Shown here piece by piece: positions 1 to 9,663 of a stretch of DNA of 64,000 nucleotides (within the stretch, counting starts at the first letter, position 1; every line of letters starts with the position of its first letter). Source of the DNA: Eubacteriales bacterium (GTDB lineage: Bacteria > Bacillota > Clostridia > Oscillospirales > CAG-272); NCBI GenBank assembly GCA_045540335.1, contig JAZQHC010000036.1, positions 22,092 to 86,091 on the forward strand, given 5' to 3'. Under the pieces are notes generated by a model. It did no database searches, had not been told where the DNA came from, and was given only the letters and a program-made list of their open reading frames with translations. Position numbers and translations under genes: made by a program.

Positions 1-707
1 TCAACCACGCCTTTTATTACAGCCCCGTGGCAAATTTTATAATCACCCTTCGTTTTTATACGCACCTCGTACGCATCGTCAAGGCTGTAATCGTTTGAAT
101 TAAGAAGCCTGTCTGTGTATAATATAAGCGCGTTATCCGCAGGAAGTCTGTTTAATCCGTCGGGCACGGCAGAAAAGCCCTTCGTTTCGTTTTTAACGCA
201 TATTTCCGCCGTAGGGTCGCCCATAAGGGATACACCGCCTTCAGTCCAACCGAATGACCAGAAGCCCCCCTCAAACGGCGTTTCTTTTTCTATATGGCCC
301 GTTGATATTATTTCCCCGTCGTAAATATTGAATCCTCTGGGTGTAGTCATTGATTTTTTAACAACATCGTCGCTGCAGCCGCCGTATGACGTACCCTTGC
401 CTTGAATTCTCGCGTGTGCGTAAGACACCATCCACAAATCGCCGTTAATGGCTGCAACGGGCGTCATTTCGCCTTTTTCTGCCACCTTTTTGCACAAAGA
501 CGTAACAACGTCCAACTCGTTGGCATACGTCTTGCAGGGCATAACGTCGATTCTTAAGCGGTCGTCCTTCGGGTCGAATCGTATAATGTTTATTTTATTA
601 GGGCCGTAGGGCGAATCTGCGGGGGTTTGAACGAAGGTTCTGTAAACGCCCTCGCAAAGCTTTATAGTTTCGTTTTTGATCTGGCCTTGAAGCTGTATCG
701 GTTTCAT
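1..707 (-). CDS. phosphodiester glycosidase-like protein (DUF2233/NAGPA type), N-terminal part; 3' end lies beyond the window edge
   Basis: Not in the ORF track because it runs off the edge. Manual minus-strand translation from ATG 707-705 (SD GAGGGA upstream) is open to position 1: MKPIQLQGQIKNETIKLCEGVYRTF...AAINGDLWMVSYAH...GFWSFGWTEGG. The family resemblance is from memory only. Confidence 0.45.
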   Translation of the reverse strand, partial: MKPIQLQGQIKNETIKLCEGVYRTFVQTPADSPYGPNKINIIRFDPKDDRLRIDVMPCKTYANELDVVTSLCKKVAEKGEMTPVAAINGDLWMVSYAHARIQGKGTSYGGCSDDVVKKSMTTPRGFNIYDGEIISTGHIEKETPFEGGFWSFGWTEGGVSLMGDPTAEICVKNETKGFSAVPDGLNRLPADNALILYTDRLLNSNDYSLDDAYEVRIKTKGDYKICHGAVIKGVV

Positions 708-715
708 GATATCCC

Positions 716-1138
716 TCACTGTTTTTTCGTTATTTCGTTAAGCGCTTGTTTTAATATAGTTGAAGAGGTGCCCTTGGTATATGGAAAGTACACTATCTGA
801 ACGCCGTGCTGTGCAAACTGCTCTTCCAGTTGAGAAAACAATTCCGAGCCCTTCCAATCGTCCCCGACGAACATACGGTCGAACTTATATTCCTCCCACG
901 CGGCAAATTTATCCCTGTTGATTTGCGGAACTACCTTATCTACGTATTTTATAGCTTCTACTATTGCCGCCCTTTCCTCGTAGGCGATAACGGGCTTTTT
1001 GTTTTTATATTGCATAACAAGCTCGTCCGTACTGACACCAACTATGAGATAATCGCACATTTCTTTTGCTTTTCTTAATATGTTAAGATGACCTATATGA
1101 AACAGGTCGAAAACCCCGGTAGTATATCCTATTATCAT
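716..1138 (-). CDS. tagD: glycerol-3-phosphate cytidylyltransferase
   Basis: 140 aa. N-terminal GVFDLFHIGHLNIL (HxGH nucleotidyltransferase motif). Size and sequence are typical of TagD/TarD. ATGA overlap with the upstream gene. Confidence 0.9.
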   Translation of the reverse strand: MIIGYTTGVFDLFHIGHLNILRKAKEMCDYLIVGVSTDELVMQYKNKKPVIAYEERAAIVEAIKYVDKVVPQINRDKFAAWEEYKFDRMFVGDDWKGSELFSQLEEQFAQHGVQIVYFPYTKGTSSTILKQALNEITKKQ

Positions 1139-2286
1139 TTGAATACCGCCTTTTCTATTCTTTCAGCAACGCGCATACAAGCTTGCCCATCCTCATAGCT
1201 GCCGACACGCGCCAGAAAATCTTCTGTTTTTTTCTTGTAATCAACCATGTCAAGCTCTTCGACGGATCTTATCAATTCACTGTTATTCAAAGCACACGGA
1301 AAAGGAAGGTCTTCAATATTAAAATACAGCCCTCTTTCGTCGCTTGTATATTCCTTCAAATCGGGGGCATAAAGCAGGCAAGGCTTTTTTCTTACACACA
1401 TATCGAACATACACGACGAATAATCCGTTATAAGTATATCCGCCGCGCATAAAAGCTGCTGCATATCCGGGTATTCCGTACCGCTTAATGCGTTTTCGCA
1501 CGGCGGAGAAACCGATTTTGCAACGTTTGGATGAAGCCTGTAAACAAAAACCCAATCCGAATTAAATTTTCTTTTTAAAGAATCAAGCAAAGCCGCGGCA
1601 TCTATATTGTGAAGCGGATCACAATCCTTATCCCTGAAGGTTGGTGCATATAACACGATATTTGCATTTTTGATACCAAGTGCGTTTGAAACATTTTGCT
1701 TTATTTCACTGTTATCTTTAAACAAAATGTCGCTTCGCGGCGTTCCGCTTTTAAGTATTTCACCGTTATACCAAAAGGAATTTGCAAATATTTCCGTACT
1801 GAAATCGCACCCCGAAACGATAAGGTCGCACTTTGCAGAATCCTCCTCGGCAAGCTTTACGTACTCTTGCCCAAGAAATTCTGCCGCATCGCCCTCGATT
1901 TTTTTAAGCCTTACAGAGCTATGCCAGGTTTGTATGTAATACTGCCCTTTTCTTTTTTTGAAATGGTGTGCCGGGCCCGTTCTGATATTGGATATTATAA
2001 CCTTTGAGGTAGATATTTCCTTTAAATATTCAACGGAAAAATACGGCACGCAGCGAACGCCCTCGGGCAAGCCCTTCGGGGGGGCTTTTGCCCTATCATA
2101 CACCCAGACAATATCGTATTTATCGGGGTAATTCTCGCAAAGATACTCTATTATGTATTTCGGGCTGTCGCCGAAGCCTTTAAAAACGCTGTTCCACGCG
2201 ATGATCTTATTTTCCAAGGGATATTTTCCGTAAAGCCACGTATAAAAGCTGTGGCGCATTTTTTTGATATTCCCGATTACGGACAT
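1135..2286 (-). CDS. CDP-glycerol glycerophosphotransferase family protein (TagB/TagF-like)
   Basis: Motifs LYAPTFRD and ITDYSSCMFD are typical of the TagF family. Start moved to M13 (ATG 2286), which has the strong SD GAGGAAGGGAAG and lies 17 nt after the GT2 stop. Confidence 0.8.
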   Translation of the reverse strand: MSVIGNIKKMRHSFYTWLYGKYPLENKIIAWNSVFKGFGDSPKYIIEYLCENYPDKYDIVWVYDRAKAPPKGLPEGVRCVPYFSVEYLKEISTSKVIISNIRTGPAHHFKKRKGQYYIQTWHSSVRLKKIEGDAAEFLGQEYVKLAEEDSAKCDLIVSGCDFSTEIFANSFWYNGEILKSGTPRSDILFKDNSEIKQNVSNALGIKNANIVLYAPTFRDKDCDPLHNIDAAALLDSLKRKFNSDWVFVYRLHPNVAKSVSPPCENALSGTEYPDMQQLLCAADILITDYSSCMFDMCVRKKPCLLYAPDLKEYTSDERGLYFNIEDLPFPCALNNSELIRSVEELDMVDYKKKTEDFLARVGSYEDGQACMRVAERIEKAVFK

Positions 2287-2303
2287 ATTTTTTCTTCCCT
2301 TCC

Positions 2304-3338
2304 TCAGCGATATACCGTACATCGCAGCACCTTGCGTACGATGCGCACGAATATATTCTGAATGTTGTTGTGAAGATATTCGGATACCTTCGGTGACCTT
2401 ACCGTAAGATCCAAAAACATTTTTTGATCGGTAGGTAACGCTTTATAGGCTTTCGTTTTTCTGTATTTGGGAATTCTTTTTTTAACATCGTTTTGTATTT
2501 CGTAAAGATATTTCATATTCTCTTTATCAAAATCTGCAAAACAGGTAAACAGTATGCTTGTTGCGCACATACCTAAAAATTTTCCGTCAACACTGTTTTT
2601 ATGCAGTTGATAAACGCCGCGGTTAACGCAATCGTCAAATATCATTCGCGTTATGGCTATTCTTTCATATTTGCGTTTATCGTTTTTATTTCTCGTTGTG
2701 GAATTCGGACTTTGGTAATAGCAATAAAAGAATCCGTTTGTTTTTCTTACCGTTTGGGCGTACAGCGACGTCATATAATTGAACCACGCGTCTTCAAAAA
2801 ACAATTTTTCGGGAAAAAACAGTTCGTTTTGCAGAATAAATTCCCTTTTATATATCCTCGTCCAAAACATGCCGTTGCGGGAAAGATAATATTCGCGCTT
2901 TTCCTCTGTTAAAACGCCTACATCCTCATCCTTATACGGCAAAACGCATTTATCCGTAATATTTAAATTTTCATCAAACGTGCAAAAATCGCCGCCGCAC
3001 AGATCTGCCCCGTCTGCATATTCGTACAAGGCGCGGCACATATCTTCTTTTATAAAATCATCGCTGTCAACGAAAGCGAGATATTCGCCCTTCGCCTGCT
3101 TGATACCTACGTTGCGAGCACCGCCCTGACGGATATTTTCGGGAAGAAATACCCCCTTGAATTTTTCGGGATATTGCGCTTGATACCGTTTTATCACCTG
3201 TGCGCTGTCGTCAGTCGAGCAATCGTCCACCGCGATGATCTCGATTTCTTCAAGAGTCTGGGAAAGGCAACTTTGAAAGCACCTGTCCAAATACTGTGAG
3301 GTATTATGAACGGGAATTATTATGCTGACTTTTACCAT
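2304..3338 (-). CDS. family 2 glycosyltransferase
   Basis: VSIIIPVHNTSQYLDRCFQSCLSQT...IIAVDDCSTDDS and a DSDD motif (GT-A fold). SD GGAGGA upstream. Confidence 0.85.
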   Translation of the reverse strand: MVKVSIIIPVHNTSQYLDRCFQSCLSQTLEEIEIIAVDDCSTDDSAQVIKRYQAQYPEKFKGVFLPENIRQGGARNVGIKQAKGEYLAFVDSDDFIKEDMCRALYEYADGADLCGGDFCTFDENLNITDKCVLPYKDEDVGVLTEEKREYYLSRNGMFWTRIYKREFILQNELFFPEKLFFEDAWFNYMTSLYAQTVRKTNGFFYCYYQSPNSTTRNKNDKRKYERIAITRMIFDDCVNRGVYQLHKNSVDGKFLGMCATSILFTCFADFDKENMKYLYEIQNDVKKRIPKYRKTKAYKALPTDQKMFLDLTVRSPKVSEYLHNNIQNIFVRIVRKVLRCTVYR

Positions 3339-3484
3339 ACTTCCTCCGAACTGATATGTATTACTTTAATGATATCACACAATACACAAATAAGCAATAG
3401 TTTTTTTGTAAAACTTCACAAAAGCACTTGACTTTCACATTTCTCTATATTAAAATTAAAGAAAAGAAAAAGCGGAGATTTTTT

Positions 3485-4612
3485 ATGAAAATACTGATCT
3501 TAAACCACGGTTTACATATATCAGGCGTTTCGCGTGCATTGGTTAATTTTGCAAACGCACTTTGCGAAAACGGGCACGAGGTAACCATAAAAATCGAAAT
3601 AAACGACTTTACACTTGCAGATCAGCTTTTGCCGTCGGTAAAAAGGTCGCTTTTTTTAAAAGAGCCGCGCCCCCTCGGCATACGCGTAAAGGGCTTTCTT
3701 CGCTTTTACGAAAGGTGGAAAAAGCATTTATTAACACTTTCGCCCGAAAAGCAGTATAAAAAAGTGGTGAAAGAAAAATACGATGTCGAAATTGCGTTTA
3801 ACCGCGGTGCGGGGGTAAAAATAATTTCCGGTTCGCACAGCGATGCAAAAAAAATCGTTTGGGTGCACAGCGATTACATCAAGTGCGGCAACGCTTTTGC
3901 AGGATTCAAAACGGGAGAAGAAGCAATATCATCATACAGAAAGTTTGACAAGATATTTTGCGTTTCGCAAAAAGCTAAAGAATCGTTTGAAAAGGTTTTT
4001 AACATAACAGATACCACGCACGTTGCATATAACCTTTTTGATAACGAGAAAATAGTTTCTTTATCAAAGAAAGAAGCTTTTAAAAAAGAAAAATTTACTA
4101 TATGTGCCGTTGGCAGGCTTCACGATTCCAAAAACTATCCGTTGCTTTTAAACGTTTGCAAGCTTTTAAACGACCGCGGCGTTGCTTTTCAATGCTATAT
4201 TGTTGGCGGCGGTGCAGACGAGGATGCACTTTTAAAGCTGAAATCAGAATTGAAGCTTGATAACGTAATATTTGTCGGGCCAAGCGACAACCCATACGCA
4301 TACGTGGCGCAAAGCGACGTATATATAAGCACCTCTATATACGAAGGGCTTTCCACCACTACGATAGAGGCGTTGATATTGGGTAAGCCGTGCGTTGTTA
4401 CGAATTGCACGGGTATGGAAGAAATACTGTGCGAAAACGGTGAAAAATACGGTATTATTACCGAAATAAATGCAGAAAATATTGCAAACGAAATACAGCG
4501 TTTATACGAAAACCCCGAAATTATATCCCAAATGGCAGAAAAAGCAAAGCTGCGTTCTGCAAAATTCGAAAAAAACGAGCTTTTTCAAAACATATTAAAT
4601 TTGATGGCATAA
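3485..4612 (+). CDS. GT-B glycosyltransferase (GT4/GT1-like)
   Basis: MKILILNHGLHISGVSRALVNFAN... and a C-terminal EGLSTTTIEALILGKPCVVT motif. Start moved to M20 (ATG 3485) behind SD AGCGGAGA. Confidence 0.8.
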   Translation: MKILILNHGLHISGVSRALVNFANALCENGHEVTIKIEINDFTLADQLLPSVKRSLFLKEPRPLGIRVKGFLRFYERWKKHLLTLSPEKQYKKVVKEKYDVEIAFNRGAGVKIISGSHSDAKKIVWVHSDYIKCGNAFAGFKTGEEAISSYRKFDKIFCVSQKAKESFEKVFNITDTTHVAYNLFDNEKIVSLSKKEAFKKEKFTICAVGRLHDSKNYPLLLNVCKLLNDRGVAFQCYIVGGGADEDALLKLKSELKLDNVIFVGPSDNPYAYVAQSDVYISTSIYEGLSTTTIEALILGKPCVVTNCTGMEEILCENGEKYGIITEINAENIANEIQRLYENPEIISQMAEKAKLRSAKFEKNELFQNILNLMA

Positions 4613-4614
4613 AT

Positions 4615-4647
4615 AAAGATCGGCAGGAAATCTGCCGATCTTTTTTT
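4615..4647. terminator. bidirectional intrinsic terminator between convergent GT4 gene and htpG
   Basis: Stem AGATCGGCAG / CTGCCGATCT (4617-4626 / 4632-4641) followed by T7, with an A-rich left flank. Confidence 0.75.
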
Positions 4648-4656
4648 GCACTTACT

Positions 4657-6489
4657 TTATATATCCAACAGCATTGTAAAGCTTTCGTCCAAAAATTGCT
4701 TCAACTCGTCTGCGGTAAGCTGCCTTTGTGCGATAAGCGAAAGGGTATATATCTGCTTTGCCAGCGTTTGCGCTTTTTCGCTTCCGACCTCTGCAAATGA
4801 AGCAAGCCTTTTGATAAGCGCGCTGTTAACGTTAACGATAAGCGTAACGTCTGACGGCATATCGGGCATTCCCTCCATCTTATACATTTTCATCATATCC
4901 TCAAAGCGGCGCGTTTGCTCGTTAATATTCACAAGGGCGGGAGTTTTTTCATCTTTAAGGCATTCGTAAACGACCTTCAGATTTTCGTTATTGCTTACCG
5001 TTTTAAACAGCTGTGTAAGCTTTTCGTTTTCTTCCGCAACGCCGTCGCCCTTTAAAGCGGTGGCATCTGCATCTATACGTACGAACTTAACGCCTTGCCT
5101 GTCTGCCTCTACGGTGTGTATATATTGCGTATCAAGCATACGGTCAAGCAGAACGATCTGTATGCCCTCTGCGGCGAACATAGAAATATACTGCGCCTGT
5201 GCAGTTTTATCCGTTGCGTAATAAACGGTGTTTTCATGCTTTTCTTTTGCGGCTTCAAGGTATTCGTCAAGCGTAAAGAATTTGCCGTTTTCCGTTGCGG
5301 ATCTGTAAATTACGCATTTTTTGACCCTATCGTTAAATTTCTTATCGCGGATAGAACCGTATTCAACAAAGGTTTTAATATCATCCCAAAGAGATTGGTA
5401 CTGCTGCCTTTCGTTGTTGAACATAGAATTAAGCTTGTCGGCAACTTTTTTCACTATATGCGCGGATATTTTGGAAACGTATCCGCTGTTTTGCAAATAG
5501 CTTCTTGAAACGTTAAGGGGAAGCTCGGGGCAATCAAGCACACCCTTAAGCATCAGCATATATTCGGGTATAACCTCTTTTATATTATCGGCAACGAAAA
5601 CCTGGTTATAGTACAGCTTTACTTGCCCTTCAAGCGAATCGTATTCGTGGTTAAGCTTGGGAAAATACAATATGCCTTTGAAATTCAACGGATAATCTGC
5701 ATTGATATGGATATGGAAAAGCGGTTCTTTATAATCCGAAAATACCTTTGTGTAGAAGCTTTTATACTCCTCCTCGGTACATTCCGAGGGGGATTTTTGC
5801 CACAGGGGGGTAGTGTCGTTGATGGGGGCGTTATCCTCTTTTTCGTCGCCCTCAACGGCAAAATAGATATCTACCGGCATAAAAGCGCAATACTTGTTAA
5901 GTATTTCTTTAATTTTGCCTTCGTTAAGAAACCCTGCTTCTTCAGACGTTATTTTCATTATAACGTCCGTTCCCCTTTCGGTGCGGCTGCCCTCGGATAT
6001 TTCGTACTCGCCGTCGCAGGTACAAACCCACTTTACAGCAGGTGCGCCGGTGTAGGATTTTGTTTGAACGGTTACGGTATCGCTTACCATAAACGAAGAA
6101 TAGAATCCCAGCCCAAAGTGGCCTATTATGCCTTCCTTTGAAGTATCCTCGCCGTTGTTTTCGTACTTTTGAATAAATTCAACCGCACCCGAAAGTGCTA
6201 TTTGGCAGAGGTATCTTTCAAGCTCTTCCTTGGTCATGCCTATACCGTTATCCGAAACGGTAAGCGTGCCTTCGCCTTTGTCAAGCGTAACGGTTATTTT
6301 AAATTTATCGTCAATACCTTCTATCTGCCCAAGTGATGACAGCCTTTTAAGCTTGGTTACCGCATCTGACGCGTTTGAAACTATCTCGCGCAGGAATATT
6401 TCCTTTTCGGAATACAGCCATTTTTTGATTATGGGAAAAATATGTTCAATATCAACGGAAATACCGCCTTTTTTTACTTCTTCACTCAT
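4657..6489 (-). CDS. htpG: molecular chaperone HtpG (Hsp90)
   Basis: 610 aa. N-terminal FLREIVSNASDAVTKL (GHKL ATPase), full-length Hsp90 architecture. SD AAAGGAGGA. Confidence 0.95.
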   Translation of the reverse strand: MSEEVKKGGISVDIEHIFPIIKKWLYSEKEIFLREIVSNASDAVTKLKRLSSLGQIEGIDDKFKITVTLDKGEGTLTVSDNGIGMTKEELERYLCQIALSGAVEFIQKYENNGEDTSKEGIIGHFGLGFYSSFMVSDTVTVQTKSYTGAPAVKWVCTCDGEYEISEGSRTERGTDVIMKITSEEAGFLNEGKIKEILNKYCAFMPVDIYFAVEGDEKEDNAPINDTTPLWQKSPSECTEEEYKSFYTKVFSDYKEPLFHIHINADYPLNFKGILYFPKLNHEYDSLEGQVKLYYNQVFVADNIKEVIPEYMLMLKGVLDCPELPLNVSRSYLQNSGYVSKISAHIVKKVADKLNSMFNNERQQYQSLWDDIKTFVEYGSIRDKKFNDRVKKCVIYRSATENGKFFTLDEYLEAAKEKHENTVYYATDKTAQAQYISMFAAEGIQIVLLDRMLDTQYIHTVEADRQGVKFVRIDADATALKGDGVAEENEKLTQLFKTVSNNENLKVVYECLKDEKTPALVNINEQTRRFEDMMKMYKMEGMPDMPSDVTLIVNVNSALIKRLASFAEVGSEKAQTLAKQIYTLSLIAQRQLTADELKQFLDESFTMLLDI

Positions 6490-6522
6490 TAAAAAATCCT
6501 CCTTTTAATTGATGTATTTATT

Positions 6523-6552
6523 ATTATATCCCTTATTTTACCAAATTGTCAA
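6523..6552 (-). promoter_or_regulatory. sigma-A type promoter for htpG
   Basis: Minus strand reads TTGACA (6552-6547), 18-nt spacer, TATAAT (6528-6523). No CIRCE-like inverted repeat seen. Confidence 0.5.
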
Positions 6553-6697
6553 GCAAGGGGGTGGCTTTTTTACAAGTTTTATCAAAGGTTTTAAAAAAGG
6601 CTTAAAAATTCGCCTGTAAATGTATAAAACTGTTTGGAATGGTGACAATATTTCACAGAAGCCGAAAGGCAAATACACAAAACGGAGATATGAAGAT

Positions 6698-7438
6698 ATG
6701 GAAGAAAAGAAAAGATACGAAAAGCAAGCAAGAACGCTTTACGTCGTGCTTGCGGGAATGTTAGTCGTTATTATGGTACTGTCGGTAATAACCGCCGTAA
6801 ACAAAAGGAAGGATAAAAACCCTGCCCCTCTTGACAGCACTGCCGAAACTACCTACGGCAAAATTGAAACGAAGCCCGCTACGACAACGCGTACGCCCGT
6901 TGTAACTGCGCCCGTTGAAGACGTAACATCACCCGTAATAACAGACCGCCCCGTTGACGCCCCCCCCGAAGAAGACGAGCCGGTTTCCGCCCCGCGCGTA
7001 TATGTGTTGCCGACAGACGGAAACGTTATTAAAAGCTACTCGGTGGATCTGCCCGTTTACTCTGCAACCATGAACGATTACAGGGCGCACACGGGGATAG
7101 ATATTTTTGCAGAGGTAGGTATTCCCGTTTACAGCTTTACAGACGGCGTAGTAAAAGACGTTTACAACGACCCGATGATGGGCACTACAATATCGGTAGA
7201 TCACGGCGAAGGATTGGTATCATACTATCAAAATCTTGATGCACAAGCCGCAGAAGGTATTAAAGCGGGTGCGAAAGTATCTGCAGGTGATGCCTTGGGC
7301 TGCGTTGGGCAAACAACGCTTGTCGAGCTTTCCGACGCAAGCCATCTTCATTTTGAAATAAGAAAAGACGGTAAAAGCATCGACCCTGCCGAATATCTTT
7401 CCGCATTAAAACAGACATCTGCCCCCTCTGATGAATAA
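6698..7438 (+). CDS. membrane-anchored M23 (LytM-domain) peptidase
   Basis: TM helix LYVVLAGMLVVIMVLSVITAV, a Pro/Thr-rich linker, then HTGIDI...HLHFEI catalytic motifs. Start moved to in-frame ATG 6698 behind GGAGA. Confidence 0.8.
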   Translation: MEEKKRYEKQARTLYVVLAGMLVVIMVLSVITAVNKRKDKNPAPLDSTAETTYGKIETKPATTTRTPVVTAPVEDVTSPVITDRPVDAPPEEDEPVSAPRVYVLPTDGNVIKSYSVDLPVYSATMNDYRAHTGIDIFAEVGIPVYSFTDGVVKDVYNDPMMGTTISVDHGEGLVSYYQNLDAQAAEGIKAGAKVSAGDALGCVGQTTLVELSDASHLHFEIRKDGKSIDPAEYLSALKQTSAPSDE

Positions 7439-7481
7439 AAAAACAACGGGCCGTTGCCATAGCAACGACCCGTTTGTTTCA
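7439..7481. terminator. bidirectional terminator between convergent M23 and MATE genes
   Basis: Long hairpin AAACAACGGG-CGTTGC...GCAACG-CCCGTTTGTTT flanked by an A-run and a T-rich tail. Confidence 0.7.
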
Positions 7482-8843
7482 TTATATTACTTTAAAGCTT
7501 TTCCATTTTCCTCTTACAAATCGCACCGTAAAGAACAGAATACGGGCTACCCAGTCTGCATACATAGCGTACCATACGCCTTCAATACCAAAGCCGAAGT
7601 AATAGCATAACAAATAGCACAGTGCAACGCGGCAAACCCACATAGACGACATTGATACCGCCAATGTAAACTTCACGTCGCCTGCGGCGCGCAAGCAGTT
7701 TGGAAGTGTAAACGCCAACGGCCACATTACAGAAGAAATAAGGCAGAATAAGCGTATTATTTCAACTGCATCCTCTGCTGCGCGCGGCGTTATTTTCGAA
7801 TACAGTGAAACGATGTTCGGTGCGAATATAAATATAATTACGTTTAAGGCATTCATCAGCAAAAACGTAAGCAGAAGCATTTTTTTCGTGTACTTTTCAG
7901 CAACTCGCGGCATTTTTGCACCCATTGCCTGCCCTACTATCGTTACCAGCGCCAAGCCGATAGCCGAGCCGGGAATATTGGAAACCATTGACACAGTACC
8001 CGCAACAGAGTTTGCCGCAATAGCGGAAGTGCCGAGAAAAGCCACTACGCGCGAAACCATCAATTTACCTATTTGAAACATGCCCCCCTCGATACCGTTG
8101 GGCACGCCGATATACAAAATACGCCGTATAAAGGCAAAATCCAACCGAAAACTAAGCATATTGCTTGCATACACGGGGTTGCGCTTGTTTTGCGCCAGCA
8201 CAAACATTACAACGCCGCCCAATACCCTTGAAATAAGCGTTGCAAACGCCGCACCGAAAACGCCCATACCGCAGCCGTAAATAAATATTGCGTTACCTGC
8301 GAGGTTTACGGCGTTCATAATAACAGATACAACCATCGTAACGCCGCTTTTACCGATGGACCTATATATTGCCGAGCCTGAATTATACAACGCCAAAAAC
8401 GGATACGAAACCACCGATACGTAAAAATACGTTTTACAGTTTTGCATAACCGATTCTTCTACCGAACCGAATATTGCACTTAATATAGCAGGGCAAAAAA
8501 TAAGGCAAAGTGCCATAATGGCAACGGAAACGTACAAGCTGATAAGTATCAGCTGCTTTGCCGCCTTACAGCCGTTTTCCCTTTCGTTTCTGCCGACATA
8601 TTGTGAAATAACGACTGCACCGCCCGTTGACAAAGCCGCAAACGTCTGTATAAGCAAAACGTTTATCTGGTCAACCAAGGAAACGCCCGATATTGCCGCT
8701 TCGCCGCCGCTTGATACCATAATAGTATCTGCCAAGCCTATGGTTATTGCTAAAAATTGTTCTATTATAAGCGGTATCAAAAGCCGCATTATATACCCTT
8801 TAGGAAACAGGGTGCTTTCTGTAACTTCAGACGAGCCTGACAT
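7482..8843 (-). CDS. MATE family efflux transporter
   Basis: 453 aa, about 12 TM segments, typical MATE N-terminus (LLIPLIIEQFLAITIGLADTIMVS). Confidence 0.85.
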   Translation of the reverse strand: MSGSSEVTESTLFPKGYIMRLLIPLIIEQFLAITIGLADTIMVSSGGEAAISGVSLVDQINVLLIQTFAALSTGGAVVISQYVGRNERENGCKAAKQLILISLYVSVAIMALCLIFCPAILSAIFGSVEESVMQNCKTYFYVSVVSYPFLALYNSGSAIYRSIGKSGVTMVVSVIMNAVNLAGNAIFIYGCGMGVFGAAFATLISRVLGGVVMFVLAQNKRNPVYASNMLSFRLDFAFIRRILYIGVPNGIEGGMFQIGKLMVSRVVAFLGTSAIAANSVAGTVSMVSNIPGSAIGLALVTIVGQAMGAKMPRVAEKYTKKMLLLTFLLMNALNVIIFIFAPNIVSLYSKITPRAAEDAVEIIRLFCLISSVMWPLAFTLPNCLRAAGDVKFTLAVSMSSMWVCRVALCYLLCYYFGFGIEGVWYAMYADWVARILFFTVRFVRGKWKSFKVI

Positions 8844-8878
8844 ATATCCCCCTTAAAATGTTAACAGTTTACATGGAT

Positions 8879-9077
8879 TATAACAATTCAATTTACAACA
8901 TTTATACCTTTAAAAAGGTTTTTTTTGTTAATAAAATTTTTTAAAGCACAATTGTTATATCAAAAACGTTTTCTTTAAAGTGACAGTTATGTGAAAAAAC
9001 TGATTTTTTTGTGAAAATGAACAAATTTTCATTGACAAATGAGTTTTTTTGTTATAAAATACACAATGTTATAAAAC
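8879..9077. promoter_or_regulatory. TGTTATAA-type repeats in MATE/marR divergent region (candidate MarR operators)
   Basis: TTATAACAATT (about 8879) and AATTGTTATA (about 8950) form an inverted pair. TGTTATAAAA occurs twice (about 9050 and 9067), overlapping the marR -10 region. Confidence 0.35.
9032..9060 (+). promoter_or_regulatory. sigma-A type promoter for marR
   Basis: TTGACA (9032-9037), 17 nt, TAAAAT (9055-9060), 36 nt upstream of the ATG. Confidence 0.5.
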
Positions 9078-9096
9078 AAGGAAGGGGTTAACCAAA

Positions 9097-9528
9097 ATGG
9101 ATTCCAAAACAACGCCTGAAATCATTATTTCAACGATATCGCAAGTTGAAAAAAACTATTCGCAATTTGTAAAAACGCGCTTTAACGCCGTTAAGCTTAA
9201 GGGCGTTTATTGCAAGCTGCTTTCTGCCTTGGCAGAACAAGACGGCGGTACACAACTTGACCTTGTTAATAAAACGGGAATCAAAGCACCTACTGTAAGC
9301 ATTACGTTGCGCGAAATGGAAAAATTGGGCTACGTTACACGCCACACAGACGATAGCGATTTAAGAAAAACGCACGTTTTCCTTACAGACAAAGGTAGGC
9401 AGGCAAATGAAATAGGCGAAAAAACGATAGCAGATGCCAACTGTGCCGTTGTAAACAATATTTCAGATGAAGATCTTCAAAGCTTTATAAGAGTTCTTAA
9501 CGTTATCAACAGCAACGTGAAAAAGTAA
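9097..9528 (+). CDS. MarR family transcriptional regulator
   Basis: 143 aa. Winged-helix region LDLVNKTGIKAPTVSITLREMEKLGYVTRHTDDSDLRKTHVFLTDKG. Divergent from the MATE exporter. Confidence 0.85.
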   Translation: MDSKTTPEIIISTISQVEKNYSQFVKTRFNAVKLKGVYCKLLSALAEQDGGTQLDLVNKTGIKAPTVSITLREMEKLGYVTRHTDDSDLRKTHVFLTDKGRQANEIGEKTIADANCAVVNNISDEDLQSFIRVLNVINSNVKK

Positions 9529-9538
9529 ATACAAATAA

Positions 9539-9580
9539 TATATTCCGTAAGGTATTCAAGCGGAATATATTATTTTTTTT
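9539..9580 (+). terminator. intrinsic terminator after marR
   Basis: Stem TATATTCCG / CGGAATATA followed by T8. Confidence 0.75.
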
Positions 9581-9663
9581 AATTATTTTAATTGTTTCAT
9601 AAACAATACGCGTTTTTTTTGATGTATAATTACGGCGTAATACAAGAAAAGAGGTATTTTAAT

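Noticed and set aside
6490-6620. Looked for a CIRCE (HrcA) operator upstream of htpG.
   Set aside because: No TTAGCACTC-N9-GAGTGCTAA-like inverted repeat is present; only a sigma-A type promoter is.
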